In this document: piece by piece, positions 13,815 through 25,854 of the stretch | How positions within the stretch are numbered: position 1 is the first letter of the stretch | How the letters are laid out: each line of letters starts with the position of its first letter | Origin: Eledone cirrhosa | Lineage: Eukaryota | NCBI GenBank assembly: GCA_964016885.1 | Contig: OZ024741.1 | Span: 280,984,001-281,048,000 of the forward strand | Direction of reading: 5' to 3' | DNA: 64,000 bases | Made by a program: the position numbers and the translations under genes | Notes under the pieces: generated by a model | Database searches by the model: none | The model's input: the letters and a program-made list of their open reading frames with translations, nothing else | Told to the model about the DNA's origin: nothing

Positions 13815-13910
13815 ATTTCTGTTATATTTGATGTTAGTTTTACGGAGGCACTGTCTCAGCCATTGGACATTTCCTTGGGCTGCTGCGATGAACTGGCCCT
13901 CAAATGCCAT
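13815..13910 (-). CDS. ANKRD53: Ankyrin-repeat protein (ANKRD53-like), first coding exon
   Basis: Translates MAFEGQFIAAAQGNVQWLRQCLRKTNIKYNRN. An in-frame TAG lies two codons upstream of the ATG. The exon ends at a GT donor (AAT|gtagga, phase 0) and has an acceptor ttttcattttag| at 13949. The AAAxGNVxWLRxCL motif resembles the ANKRD53 N-terminus (from recall, not a search). Not in the supplied ORF track. Confidence 0.75.
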
Positions 13911-14009
13911 TTTCTAATCATGTTCTAAAGAGCTTGGGCCATGATTATCTAAAATGAAAATTAAATAAATGAATTTATATACACGCACATATATATAAAG
14001 AATACAGAT

Positions 14010-15410
14010 TAACAAGGAGATCCCTCTGTAATTGGAACAATTTCTCTTGTCTCCCTTTTTGAAAATTGGGATTATCACTCCTGATTGCCATTGTTTAGGT
14101 GCCTTTCCAGACATCCAGGGCACTTGGCACACATGAGTCAGCCACAGAATACCTTCTCTATTTAAGGTTTTTAACATCTTGGGGTGGATTTCATCTTCCC
14201 CAGTGACCTTGCCACATTGAGTTCTTTAACTGCTCTTGTGACCTTAGCCTTTGAGAGATTAGTCACCACTCCCATACGTACCTCGTGTACATTAGAAGAT
14301 GCTGTTGTGATTGGGTTTAGGAGATCAGCAAAGTATTCTCCCCACCTTGTGAAGGTGCACCTTTCTGAAGATAGGAGAACCTCAGACACGTTTTTGATAG
14401 CAGGTGTGGCGGAGGGCTTCTTATTATGAAATCAGCAGATGGTCTGCCAGAACACTTTATTTGCTGATCTGACATTGGATTCCAGCTTAACCCCAAAGTC
14501 CTCCCATGTCTTAACTTTAGACGCCTTTGCTGTCTCTGCTGTGATTCTGTACTGTAAGTACAAGAAGGAGGACTTGTTTCCAAGCTAAGCTTTGTAAGCC
14601 ACCTTCTTTGCTCGGATGGCATCTTTGATCTCTTGATTGAACTCCACTGTTCAGGTGTGGCACCAGTAATGACTGTAGGGGCAGGAGTGGGGATACTCAC
14701 AAGCCCTCAGCTGTCAGAATGTGTTATGGACTGGATCCCGTTAGTAGGGAGGATTTTTCTCTTGAAGCTTAGGCTGAAAGATAGGTCTCTGTGGGTGGTG
14801 CAAGTTCATGCAATAAACAAGGAGTCCAAATACAGGTCCTTCTTTGATGAAGTCACTGCAGCGTTAGATGTAGTTAAGACTGTGTCATATATACTGATGG
14901 GAGACTTCAATGCACATGTTGGCACTGATCACGTAACATGGAAAGGAGTGATTGAAAGGAATGGCAACCCCAATCTAAATATGAATGGGGACGCCTTACT
15001 AGACTTCTGTTTTAGCAATGGACACTTTCTTCTAGCACAAGGATATCCATGAATATACATGGTATAAGGGGAATAAGGGACAGAAAGCAATATTGATTTT
15101 GTTATTGACTCTGGTCTCTTTGATCCTGTGCTGGATGTTTGATGTTATGAGAGGGGCTGAGTTGTCAACTGATCACCATTTAGTTATCTGCAACGTGAGA
15201 TTAACTAAAGCCAAGGAAGCCCACAACACTAGCAGGTCCAGGGTGACCTATAGGATAAAGTAGGAATCATTGGTAGATAAAGAAGTCAGGACCAGGTATG
15301 CAGACAGTATTGCATCCAAATTCAGAGAACTCCCTGAGCAAACTGAGGATGTTGAGACAGAGTGGAGATTGTTCAGCGCAGCGGTTTCTGCTTCAGCTAT
15401 TAAAAGGTGT
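14010..15410. mobile_element. RTE (Expander/Rex3-like) LINE remnant with inverted 5' part
   Basis: Endonuclease on plus at about 14650-15410 (GVGILTS, GDFNAHVG, STDHHLV). Linker and RT start on minus at about 14645-14010 (KKGDKRNCSNYRGISLL). Confidence 0.85.
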
Positions 15411-16394
15411 AAAAGTAATAAGATAAAACCTGATGATTGTTTTCATTAACATCATTTTCAAATTGACCCTCTTAAATATTCAAATTGTTCCCCAGTGGGA
15501 CATGTACCTCACATTGGGAATCACTGCTCTAAAGAGAAAGGCCAGTATTTTAGATACAGTTCTAGCTATGTTTAGGATGTACATTCAACATGAGAGATCC
15601 TCAGTGATAGTGAGGCCTAGCATTTGGAATAAACATAAGAGCTCTAATTACATGCTATTCATACTTAAAGTTGAAGAAGTGCAGTGATGTTTTAGTTCCA
15701 TACACATTGTCAACAAAGCAAATGAACAATAATAATAATTGTTTCTGATTTAGGCACAAGGCCAGTAATTTTGATGGGGAAAATGGGGAAATTAATAAAA
15801 TCTACCCCAATGTGCTATTACTGCTTTATTGTATCACCCCTGTCAGGATGAAAGGCAAAGCTAACGTCAGCAGAACTCAGAATGTAAAGAACCATAACAA
15901 TATGCCACAAAGCATGTTTTCCAAACTCTACTGATACTGCTAATTCACTCCTCTCAATGAACAATAATAATAATTGTTTCTACTTTTGGCACAAGGTCAG
16001 CAATTATCCCAGTGCATTATTAGTACTTTATTTTATCGACCCCGTAAGGATGAAAGGCAAAGTTAACCTCGGCGTCCGATCCTCTACCGATACTGCCAAT
16101 CCACTGGTCTGTAGTTATACTGGCACAACAGCTTCAAGAATTTCAACAATCGTATCTATCCCAGTACCTATTTCAATCTATTACTTATTTTATCAATTTC
16201 TACTTGGGACAAAAGCAAGAACACACACATACATACACACTCACTGAATGTAAATATTGTGTTTCAAATGAGTGGTAAGAAACTTTCAGGAGAGTTGAAC
16301 AGCAGAGGGTCTTCAGAGAAGTAACCCCCACTAAAGCGAGTGTTTCGGCTCTTAACTTCTTTCAATCAACAAGAGAATAAATGTTTGACATTAC

Positions 16395-16466
16395 CTTCGG
16401 ATGTATGACAACATAAGTAAATCAACGGCAAGTAGTTTCATGGTTGCTGATGTCTGCAGCAGGATC
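16395..16466 (-). other. Possible non-coding 5'UTR exon of the ankyrin gene
   Basis: Bounded on the minus strand by ttattaaag| and AAG|gtaatg, in unique sequence upstream of the ATG exon. No transcript evidence. Confidence 0.3.
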
Positions 16467-17744
16467 CTTTAATAAAGTAGAATAAGTTAAATTATTGTTT
16501 GTCAATAATAGAAAAATAAAATGTCAATGAAACAGGACCCCCCCCCCCCAAAAAAAAAACAAAAAAAACAACAACAACAAACAAATAAACAAACCCGGGA
16601 TATCATCGACATTAGAGAGCTTGAATAAGTAAACAAAAATATCTTGCCAGTCTCACCGGAGACTGTAGAATAAAAAAAAAACATACAAAAACAAAACCAC
16701 AGATAGCTCATGTCAAAAAACAAAAGACAGTCACATCAGTTTCAATGATGAAGAATATTAAATTTCTTCGATCAATGGAACTGACTCGAAGCAGCTGAGT
16801 ATTCCACAGACACACCTATTGTCTAACCACATTCCTTAGTAAGGATAGCCAACGTAACACCGCATGTTACAAGATCGTGACTCAGCGTGATACTGTGTGA
16901 CAAGACCGTGACACCATGTGTGACAAGTCTGTGGATATTCAAGTTACAAGTAGAGTGAATCTGATAGTCTACTGGATATTCTGAGCACAACTACAGTTTT
17001 GTAACCCAACTCGACTTTATTTCTTCATAACTTTCTTAATAATGCATATTTGTTAAGGAAGTTTTCTTTTGATATATTTTCGAAAGTGTAGATTACAATT
17101 ATGGTGAGAATTTTTTAACCAAGAATTCTATTTTAATTTACTTTTATTTTCTTTCTTCACAATTCATAGTTGTGAAACAAATATATATTGCGTTCTATTG
17201 ACACTGTCCAGATATAATTCACAAATAGTTATTTTTACAAGAAGACAACAAAGTTCCATGGCCAACAAAGCAGAAACATAAACTTCATTTATGGTGGTGG
17301 TATGTGAAGGAAATCTACTTCACATACCACCACCATAAATGAAAGTCAAGGGCCGGTACACTTAGTGGTCTAAGCGGACATTCAATATGAACACGATATG
17401 AAAAAGGTATGATAAAAAAAAAAAATTCCGAATTTATGTTTAACCTGCTATAAACACAAATTGAAAATATTCAGTAAACGAAAGTATTAACGAGCAGAAT
17501 TTATATATATATATTATCAATATGATCTTAGCCTATATTATGTAAAATGCAACAGTGTATAATTTCATTAAAAAATTATCCATTATTAAGAAAGTCGCAG
17601 CGTAGGTCACTAAAATGTATTTATACATTGACAAGGTAACCACCAAAGTTTTACTCTATCCAAGTCTTTAGGTTGAGAGAAGCTATGTTTATTAATACAG
17701 ACACACATAAATAACCACTGTTATTAGACCACCCGAATGGGTCG

Positions 17745-17885
17745 GTGGATTGGCAGAGGGTCAGACACCATGCTTTCCAGCATAGTTACGTCTCTTTACG
17801 ATCTGAGTTCAAATCCCGCCGAGGTTGACTTTGCCTTTCATCCTTACGGGGTCGATAAAATAAAGTACCAGTTATGCACTGAGTG
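17745..17885 (+). mobile_element. tRNA-derived SINE with Nin/Deu-like domain
   Basis: gagttcaaatccc B-box followed by gttgactttgcctttcatccttacggggtcgataaaataaagtacc. Minus-strand copies at about 10245, 13250, 15735, 15975, 18665 and 60040. Confidence 0.8.
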
Positions 17886-18301
17886 ATTTCTGGCATTGTG
17901 CTGAATATAAACATACATTTTATTTCTCTTGTTTTGCTCACTATTATTTTTAAACTTATTTTATAGTCACGAATGCTCAATGAAAATAACAAAACACAAA
18001 AAATATACTAGAAAGTTCTGAAAGAATTCTAATATATATATAATGGAATTAGTAATACATTTAAAAAGCTGTCAATTTTGGGTGGCTCTGGCACCCCTTA
18101 TTGTGGTGTGCGGGTTCTTTTTCCACCCCCTTTCCCTTATCTCTCTCCCCTTTTTAGTTCTGTATCTACACACACATATATATATCTTCATTATATAAAT
18201 TGTACTTAAAATATATAAATTACTTCCATGTTTACATATCGAGGGCTCATTCTTTCTTTTCGTAATACGATATTACTCTTAAGCAATATATATATATATT
18301 A

Positions 18302-18357
18302 ATTTTATTAAGGCTAAATAGTGAGTCTTGTTACAAAACTCTCTAACCTTAATAAAA
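18302..18357 (+). ncRNA. Decayed hammerhead-like motif
   Basis: An 11-bp stem ttttattaagg/ccttaataaaa encloses CTAAATA-gtgag tcttg ttac-AAAA-ctctcta. The core positions differ from CUGANGA/GAAA, so this would be a relic. Confidence 0.3.
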
Positions 18358-18426
18358 TGAATATTTAAACTCTACTTTTGTATTGAGTTCTCTTTACTCT
18401 CGGCCGTAAACTACATACGTGTGTGA

Positions 18427-18461
<35 letters not shown>

Positions 18462-18554
18462 TCTTTATATAAATTATATGTTTAATACTTGCCGAAAGTT
18501 TATGCCTTGTTATATATACATACATGTTCTCCATAACACACCATTGCAAAGCAT

Positions 18555-18568
18555 GTTGTCATAGTAAC
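18555..18568. promoter_or_regulatory. RFX X-box-like motif
   Basis: GTTGTCATAGTAAC fits GTHNYY-AT-RRNAAC and is followed by a half-site GGTAGCAAC. It lies upstream of the minus-strand ankyrin gene. Confidence 0.35.
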
Positions 18569-19182
18569 GGTAGCAACACCTTCAGTTCAAATACAACCAT
18601 CGTAAGAATCTATTATGGTAATTCAACGCACATTTACTTTTTTGTTATTTGCATGTTTCAAATAATTGTTTCTACTTTTGGCACAAGGTCATCAATTATT
18701 CCAGTGTATTACTGGTACTTTATTTTATCGACCCCGTAATAATTTTCCTTTGTTCAGAAAGTTATATAGATTTTTATATATAGCTATCCTATAGAATACA
18801 GTCTGAAATAGCCTGCAATAAACTGAAATTGAATGAAACTGAAAGGTACTTGATTTTTCACAAATTCTTAATGATTCATTTGGGGTTTCATTTCAAATGT
18901 AAATAAGTATATAATTAGAGGGAAATTAATGAAAATATAAAATGTTTCTCGGCATAGGTTAAGAATAACGTTCGCGAAAATGAAAGTCAATTTTCTGACA
19001 AGTGAATATGTTTTTTTTTTTTTTTTTTACAATGAAAGTTACGATACACTGTTTGTTTATTTACAACAGGTCTCACTAGTGATATGGTGTTAATTAGTAT
19101 TGCGTGTGTGATTATTTTCTCTTATATATATATGTGTGGGTGTGTATATGTGTGTATATATATGTGTGTCTGTATGTATATA

Positions 19183-20721
19183 TAGGACTGTCTGGCGGGT
19201 TTTCTACGGCTGGATGCCCTTCCTAACACCAACCACGTTTACAGTGTGGACTGGGAGGTTTTTACCGTGTTACCTACACGGCCACATTACAGCGTGGACT
19301 GTGTGTTTTTTTGTCGTGACTCCTACACAACCTCATTTGTTTCGGACTGGATGTTGTGGTACCAACATAACTTTACATTGAAAGGGGTGGTGTGGATGGA
19401 GTGGGGGTAGTGGGATGGGGGTGTATTTTGTTAGAGGTGCCTACTGACTGTAGTAGTTTTCACTTTGTACTTAGGTAAGGCGGGTCTTCTGTATTACTAT
19501 GTAGCGCCAAAGATCTCGGTCCAGTTACATTGTCTTGGAGAAGTGTAAGTGTGTGAGGTCGGAATTTATCAAGTCGTCCCATGTTTTTCTGGGTCTGCCT
19601 ACTCCGTGGCTACCGTCTATTTTTATTGCCCTGCACTTTTTTTATACAGCTGTCGGCTTTCGTGCGCATCACGTGACCATACCAACATAGTCTTCTCTTG
19701 AGTAAACAACATCTGATCCCTCTTATTTCTAATTTTTCCCTTAGTTCGTTTTTGCTTTGCCGTTCACGTATATTACTATTACACATCCAGCAGAGCATGC
19801 AAGCTTCGCTCCTCTCCAGTCTGCGTATATCCTCTGCACACAATGCCCAGGTCTCACTGCGATGTAACATTGCTGTTCGTATGCAGGCATCATACAGCCT
19901 GCCTTTCATTTTTAGAGAGAACCCTTTAGCGGCTATAGTGGTATAAGCTCTCTGAACTTTTTCCATCCCGTTCTGACTCTAGCTACTGTACTTTCAGAGC
20001 ACCCTCCACCACTGCTGATTTTGTCACCCAAGTAACGGAAGGTGTCCACTATTTCTATAGAACCATCTGTGCAATGGAATGAGCTAGTATTCTGTGGGCA
20101 CTTGCTGCTACTTATTGCACCAGAGCACCGGCCACATATAAAATCTATGTTCTTAGTTAGCTTACCTGTGATCCCACTACATCATTTATGCACCCATACT
20201 TTGCATTTGGGACATAAAATGGAGTTTCTACCTACTACTTTCCTACACACTGAGCATGGCCATTTCCCGGATGGGACCTGTGCCCTATTTTCCTTCCTAC
20301 AAACTAGAACTTTAGTCTTAGACAGGTTAATTTTAAGGCCTTTTGATTCTAGGCCATGCTTCCATGTTTGGAATTTCTTCTCTAGTTCGGCCATTGATTC
20401 AGCTATGAGCGTTAGATCATCTGCGTATAGGAGTTCCCATGGGCAGCCGGTCTTGAACTCCACTGTTATAGCCTGAAGGGCAATAATTAATGACTGTTTC
20501 TTTATACATGGCTTGTATAGCTCTCACAAGCCATTCATCAACACCTAGTTTTCTAAGAGCCGACCAGATAATGGAACGGGGACTCTGTCGAAGGCTTTCT
20601 CCAATATATATATATAGAGAGAGAAACAGTCAGCAAGGTTAGAATTAACAACGAATATAGTGAAGAGTTTAGCGTAAAAGTTGGTGTTCATCAGGGCTCC
20701 GTTCTTAGCCCCCTACTATTT
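19183..20721 (-). mobile_element. Rearranged 5'-truncated RTEX-like LINE
   Basis: RT C-terminus (LLYADDL, Cys-rich finger) and 3'UTR on minus. About 100 bp missing at 20490 reappears on plus at about 20622-20721. Confidence 0.9.
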
Positions 20722-20905
20722 ATGGTTATGTATATACTAAAACCTTTTATAGTTATATATATTTTAAACCCTAAATAGTGAAAGACAGTAATTTATTACT
20801 ATCTGATTACCAGTAAGATAAATAGCTCAATGTAACAACATCAGTTGTTTTACAGAGCAGTTATATAGAAATTACATGAATCAAAGTTCTGTTTAAATCA
20901 TTTAT

Positions 20906-20954
20906 TTGCTTACAATTGTTTCTTCCAAACCGAGGTTTGGAGTCTTCGGAGCAA
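20906..20954 (-). ncRNA. Type I minimal hammerhead ribozyme variant (family 1)
   Basis: UUGCU-CCGAAGA-c-UCCAAAC cucg GUUUGGA-a-GAAA-CAAUUG-UA-AGCAA: 5-bp stem I, 7-bp stem II, palindromic stem III, GUA cleavage triplet. Confidence 0.8.
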
Positions 20955-21175
20955 TTATTCAGTTTATCTTCGTAAACTGCCAATGTTTTATTTTAATTTT
21001 AATTTTAATTTTAACTTTAATTTTGTCCTTTAATATGACTGTAATCTTTGTATGTAAATTGCCATGCTATATTATTATAATGGATGTCAACCCACTGTCG
21101 GTCAATATATACATATGTTTCTATATGTCTCTTGTGTTGAAAAGGAGGTCAAGTATGTAAAAAATCACTGAATAA

Positions 21176-21224
21176 TTGCTCCGAAGACTCTAAACCTCGG
21201 TTTGGAAGAAACAATTGTAAGCAA
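21176..21224 (+). ncRNA. Type I minimal hammerhead ribozyme variant (family 1)
   Basis: Same motif as 20906-20954. One C>U change in stem II keeps pairing as U-G. Confidence 0.8.
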
Positions 21225-21286
21225 ATAAATGATTTAAACAGAACTTTTATTCATGTAATTTCTATATGTATATATATATATATATG

Positions 21287-21332
<46 letters not shown>

Positions 21333-21413
21333 AAAGTTTTATTTAAAATTGTTGGGTTACAACAAGTAAATATTTTATAACTGATATAAAGCACTCGACA
21401 AGTTTTGGAGTAG

Positions 21414-21770
21414 ATATACGATATTAAACAAATGGAAACTATATTTATAAAACCATATTTATTTCATTATACATATTTCGGGGATACCATATTAAAAATA
21501 TGGCATGCCTTCGTCAGATAAAATACAATATATAAACAGTTTTATAAATAATTTTGACGTACCATAAATATTGAGCAACCTTTATGTAAGAACCAGCTTC
21601 TTACATAAAGGTTGCTCAATATTTATGGTACGTCAAAATTATTTATAAAACTGTTTATATATTGTATTTTATCTGAAGAAGGCATGCCATATTTTTAATA
21701 TGGTATCCCCGAAATATGTATAATGAAATAAATATGGTTTTATAAATATAGTTTCCATTTGTTTAATATC

Positions 21771-21776
<6 letters not shown>
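21414..21776. repeat. Near-perfect palindrome, arms about 179 bp, 5-nt loop
   Basis: Centre tttatgtaagaa-ccagc-ttcttacataaa. Confidence 0.95.
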
Positions 21777-21814
<38 letters not shown>

Positions 21815-21830
21815 GTATATATATATATAT

Positions 21831-24800
21831 GTATCTTCCATTTCGGTTGGTGTTGTTATGGAAGTACCAGCAAGGATCTTCACTGCCCTCCTTACTCAGA
21901 TGTGCATTGAAGTCCCCCAAAACAAGCAGGATATTGTGTGCCTGAGTGGTGTTGACAGCTCTACACACCTCCTCATGGAACTCCTCGGCATTCACATCAC
22001 TGTCCCCCTCGGTTGGACTATAGGCTGAGATGACTGTCAGTCTTGGGTTTCCATTGAAGGTCACCCTCAACACTCGCGGGGAGATAGGCATTATTTCCCT
22101 CACCAACAGATTGGTTTTTGCACTGAACACAAAACCCACTCCTCCTACTGCAGCATTTGTTGTGTTCTTCACTGCCGATGTAGTGATGAGCTGGCTCTTC
22201 CTCCCGATCATCACACTCCTCACGGGCTCATCGTGTAGAATCCTGTGTTCTTGGATCGCAAGTATCTGTATACCACTCTCCTCGAACAGATGTCCCAACT
22301 CCTCTCTCTTCTCCAGCGTTCGAATAGTCCTCACATTCAAAGTGCTCATTTTGATGGCTCTTCTGCAGGACAAAACTGCATTCTTTATATTTGTCTCAGA
22401 GACAGCTGATCCATCATCCACTGGCCCTCTCTGTGGCTCTAAGCCAGCAGAGTCATAACGACCAGGCTGCTCCTTGACAGTGTAATTAGGGGCTCTAACC
22501 CTAGTGCTGTTAGATCGACTCTCCATATTTCTTTTCAATGGCTGACAATACCTTACCGGCGCCACTCGAATAAGGTAGTTATTTAACCCATAAATGGAGC
22601 CCTAACAGGTACTACCACCCCGGGCCAGGGCAGACCTGGGAGTCATGACAACTAAGGGGTAACTCCACATTCCCCACATCTCCTGAACTCCCGAACTGGA
22701 GCCTTGCCACTGGATGTAGTTTAATGTCATACCCAGAGACACCCTGCTGGAGGCGAACTTGATGGCGACCAACCTAGGGTTTAGGAAGAATCTGGGGAAG
22801 ATGTGGACCTACATCTCAAATATGCACCTGTCCAAGTCCCAGATTGATTTCATTCTGGTGAGGAAAAAGTGGCGGAATAGTGTTCTGAACACGGAACCAT
22901 ACAGCTATTTCAGTACACTGGGTAGGGACCACCGGCTTGTTATGAGTGAGGTCCGCGTGAGCTTAAGAAAGAGCAAGGCTCAGCCCCGGAGAACAATCTA
23001 TGACTGGGGAGCTTTCAAGGAAGATGATAAGCTACAGGAGAGGTTCACAGTGGAAATGAGAAACAGGTTTAGTGCTCTGTGTGGAGAGTCAGAGGAGAGA
23101 GAGATTGGATGGACTGAGGAGAGTGTGACAAGGAGGTACGGGCACTTCACCAATGCAGTGGCGAAAGCAAGTGAAACCCTGGTGCCGAGGAAAAAGAACA
23201 AAGGGAAGCACGTCAGCTCTGCAAACCCAAAAGTGTGTGCAGCCAGAGAACACCTGAAAGCTGCCAGGGACCAATTCTATGCTGATCCTACGGAGGAGAG
23301 GATGGAGACTGTGGAGGTGATGAGGGAAGAGCTCTGTACCGCTTACACTGAGGTCAGAGAGGAGGCACTGATAGAGAAGATCAGAAGTGTGGAGAGAGCG
23401 GTTGACAGATCTGGATGTAAGGAGAGCTGGATGATCATCAACGAGATCACAGGGAGGAAGAAAAGGTGTTCGAGTCAGATCCAGGGAACGGGGCCCGAGG
23501 ATAGGAAGAGGAAATGGCTAGACCATTTTAGGACCCTGCTAGGAGAGCCACCCTCCACAGCCCAGAGCACTGGGGAGATCAGGCGGCTGTTTGAGGAACT
23601 GGATGTTGAGACAGAGCCCTTCACCAGAGAGGAGCTTCAGAGAGCCAAGAAGAAGATCAAGGAGGGCAAGGCTCATGGAGAAGATGGAGTGGCATCAGAG
23701 GTGATGAAGAGGTGTGATTTTGATGATATCATCCATGGGTTCTGTAACGGGGCACTGGAGAAAGGAGTTGCCCCGAATCAGTGGAGGATCAGTAACATCG
23801 TCCCAGTGCCAAAGAAGGGAGATCTCTCTAACACCAACAACTACCGGGGGATCTCACTGACGTCACTTGTGGCAAAGACCCTCAACAGGATGATTCTTAA
23901 CAGGATCCAGCCTGAGATGGAGAAGAAGCTCAGGGACAACCAGAACGGCTTCAGAGAGGGTAGATCAACCACCAGTCACATCCTGATGCTGAGGAGGATA
24001 TTAGAGGGAGCTAGAGCAAAGTGCCTTCCTGCGGTCATGGTTTTCATTGACTTTAGGAAGGCCTTTGATTCTGTGGACCGTTACTGCCTGATGAAGATCT
24101 TACAGGCTTATGGAATCCCCAAGAGGATAGTGGACCTGATATCACTGCTCTACACCAACACCAAAGCCCAAGTCATTACACCTGATGGGATGACGGAGTT
24201 CTTTGAGATACTGGCTGGAGTGCTCCAGGGAGATACATTGGCTCCCTACCTTTTTATCATCGTAGTGGACTATTGTATGCGCCTTGCACTGGAGAAACAC
24301 CAGGACACTGGCTTTACTGTAGCACCGGCTCAGAGCAGGAGAGTTGGGGCGAAAAAGGTATCGGATGCTGAATTTGCCGACGACATAGTTTTGGTGACAA
24401 ATACAGTGAAGGAGGCAGAGGATTTGATGCGGGAGGTTGAGACTGTGTCGATGAGTGTGGGGCTGAGAATGAATGAGACTAAAACAAAATATCTGGTAGA
24501 GAATGTTGAGAAGCCAGAGGGGATCACTAATGTAGGCGGGAAGCCGCTGGAATTGGTTGAGGACTTCCTGTATTTGGGAGCAAAGATTGGGAATACGGAA
24601 GATGATGTGGTTGAGAGGAAGAGCAAGGCCTGGGCGGCGTGTCACAGCTTGAGATCGGTGTGGAAGTCGGACCTTCGTAGAGACCTGAAAATCCGCCTCT
24701 TCATTGCTGTAGTGGAGTCTGTGCTGCTGTATGGGTCTGAGACTTGGACACTGACCAAGAGACTCACTCAGATGGTGGATGGGTGCTACACGAGAATGCT

Positions 24801-25131
24801 GAGGATGGCTCTGAACATTAATCAGTATACACTGAGGATGAAAAACTCAGAGCTGTATGGGAGCATCCCAAAAGTCAGCTCAAAAGTGACACAGAGGAGA
24901 CTGAGGTTGGTTGGACATGCTCACCGACATCCAGAGTTGACATTGCACTCAGTGCTCCTTTGGGAGCCCTTACATGGACACATTAGAAGAGGAAGACCAA
25001 GGTTAACGTATGTTGATGCCCTAAGGACAGACACTGGTCTGTTGGAGATGCAGGATATGGCAGCGATAATGAGGGACAGAGACCGCTGGAGAGAACTCGT
25101 CCATGGATCTCGGGAATTTTACCCGCCTTAG
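21831..25131. mobile_element. Essentially complete RTE-clade LINE with 5' inversion
   Basis: 5'UTR and endonuclease N-half (STLNVRT, IQEHR, YSPT, GDFNAH) on minus at 21831-22735. The rest of the ORF is on plus at 22735-25131. Confidence 0.92.
22759..25131 (+). CDS. LINE ORF: endonuclease C-half and reverse transcriptase (790 aa open)
   Basis: Motifs [52 protein letters not shown] and LLYGSETW. Confidence 0.93.
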   Translation: MMATNLGFRKNLGKMWTYISNMHLSKSQIDFILVRKKWRNSVLNTEPYSYFSTLGRDHRLVMSEVRVSLRKSKAQPRRTIYDWGAFKEDDKLQERFTVEMRNRFSALCGESEEREIGWTEESVTRRYGHFTNAVAKASETLVPRKKNKGKHVSSANPKVCAAREHLKAARDQFYADPTEERMETVEVMREELCTAYTEVREEALIEKIRSVERAVDRSGCKESWMIINEITGRKKRCSSQIQGTGPEDRKRKWLDHFRTLLGEPPSTAQSTGEIRRLFEELDVETEPFTREELQRAKKKIKEGKAHGEDGVASEVMKRCDFDDIIHGFCNGALEKGVAPNQWRISNIVPVPKKGDLSNTNNYRGISLTSLVAKTLNRMILNRIQPEMEKKLRDNQNGFREGRSTTSHILMLRRILEGARAKCLPAVMVFIDFRKAFDSVDRYCLMKILQAYGIPKRIVDLISLLYTNTKAQVITPDGMTEFFEILAGVLQGDTLAPYLFIIVVDYCMRLALEKHQDTGFTVAPAQSRRVGAKKVSDAEFADDIVLVTNTVKEAEDLMREVETVSMSVGLRMNETKTKYLVENVEKPEGITNVGGKPLELVEDFLYLGAKIGNTEDDVVERKSKAWAACHSLRSVWKSDLRRDLKIRLFIAVVESVLLYGSETWTLTKRLTQMVDGCYTRMLRMALNINQYTLRMKNSELYGSIPKVSSKVTQRRLRLVGHAHRHPELTLHSVLLWEPLHGHIRRGRPRLTYVDALRTDTGLLEMQDMAAIMRDRDRWRELVHGSREFYPP

Positions 25132-25144
25132 ATAGATATATATG

Positions 25145-25193
<49 letters not shown>

Positions 25194-25247
25194 GTATGTA
25201 TATAGATATATATGTATATATATATATGTATGTATATATATATATCA

Positions 25248-25817
25248 GTACAACCTGTCTCATGGTCGGGTCATTGGCGACTAAACTGGCAACCCCACCA
25301 AGGTTTCTTGGTGAGGAGGGTGACTTTGGACATCCTGCAGGACTAAAAACAAAACCTGTCAAAGGGCAAAGGAGCTCTTAAGAGTCAATGGCCATCCAAA
25401 ATCACCGGGAGAGATGACCCCTTAGCCTTTGTCAAGGCAGAATTCTAGGAGAAGGAAAACTCTGATATAACACCTGCAACCCTGATGGTATCCAATGATA
25501 TTGACTTGTTCTTCTTTTTGGTAAATATCATCTTGGTTAAGAGAGTGGGACTGGCTTTGTGCAGTGCCTTTGCTCACTATAAAAGCTTCACGGCACAGGC
25601 ATTGCTTTATATCTGGAGATCTCTCTGCACCTGTCGTCACATGGTACCATGGGCCCAGCAATATGTGTCAATAATTGTCACAAGTGCAGTGTTTGTACCA
25701 GAGTTTTCAAGTCGCTGGCGGGACTAAAAAGTCACACCCGTTCAGCGCATCAGTAGGGGTTCTCCTACATGGATATGAAGTAGTGGCCGTACTCGAAAAC
25801 GAGTTGGCAGCCACCAT
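25248..25817 (+). mobile_element. Bipartite non-autonomous RTE-derived element
   Basis: RTE-type 5'UTR motif (ctaggagaaggaaaactctga), a terminal C2H2 remnant CSVCTRVFKSLAGLKSHTRSAH*, a 3' stem-loop ctcg-aaaa-cgag, then (TA)n. A second, 5'-truncated copy is at 40851-41263. Confidence 0.7.
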
Positions 25818-25854
25818 ATATGTATATATATATATATATATATGTATGTATATA

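Larger units (their letters stand above)
20712..21268. mobile_element. ORF-less repeat with inverted hammerhead-bearing units (Penelope pLTR-like)
   Basis: About 20863-20962 is the reverse complement of about 21167-21267. The colinear version of the same repeat is at 31915-32337. Confidence 0.7.
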
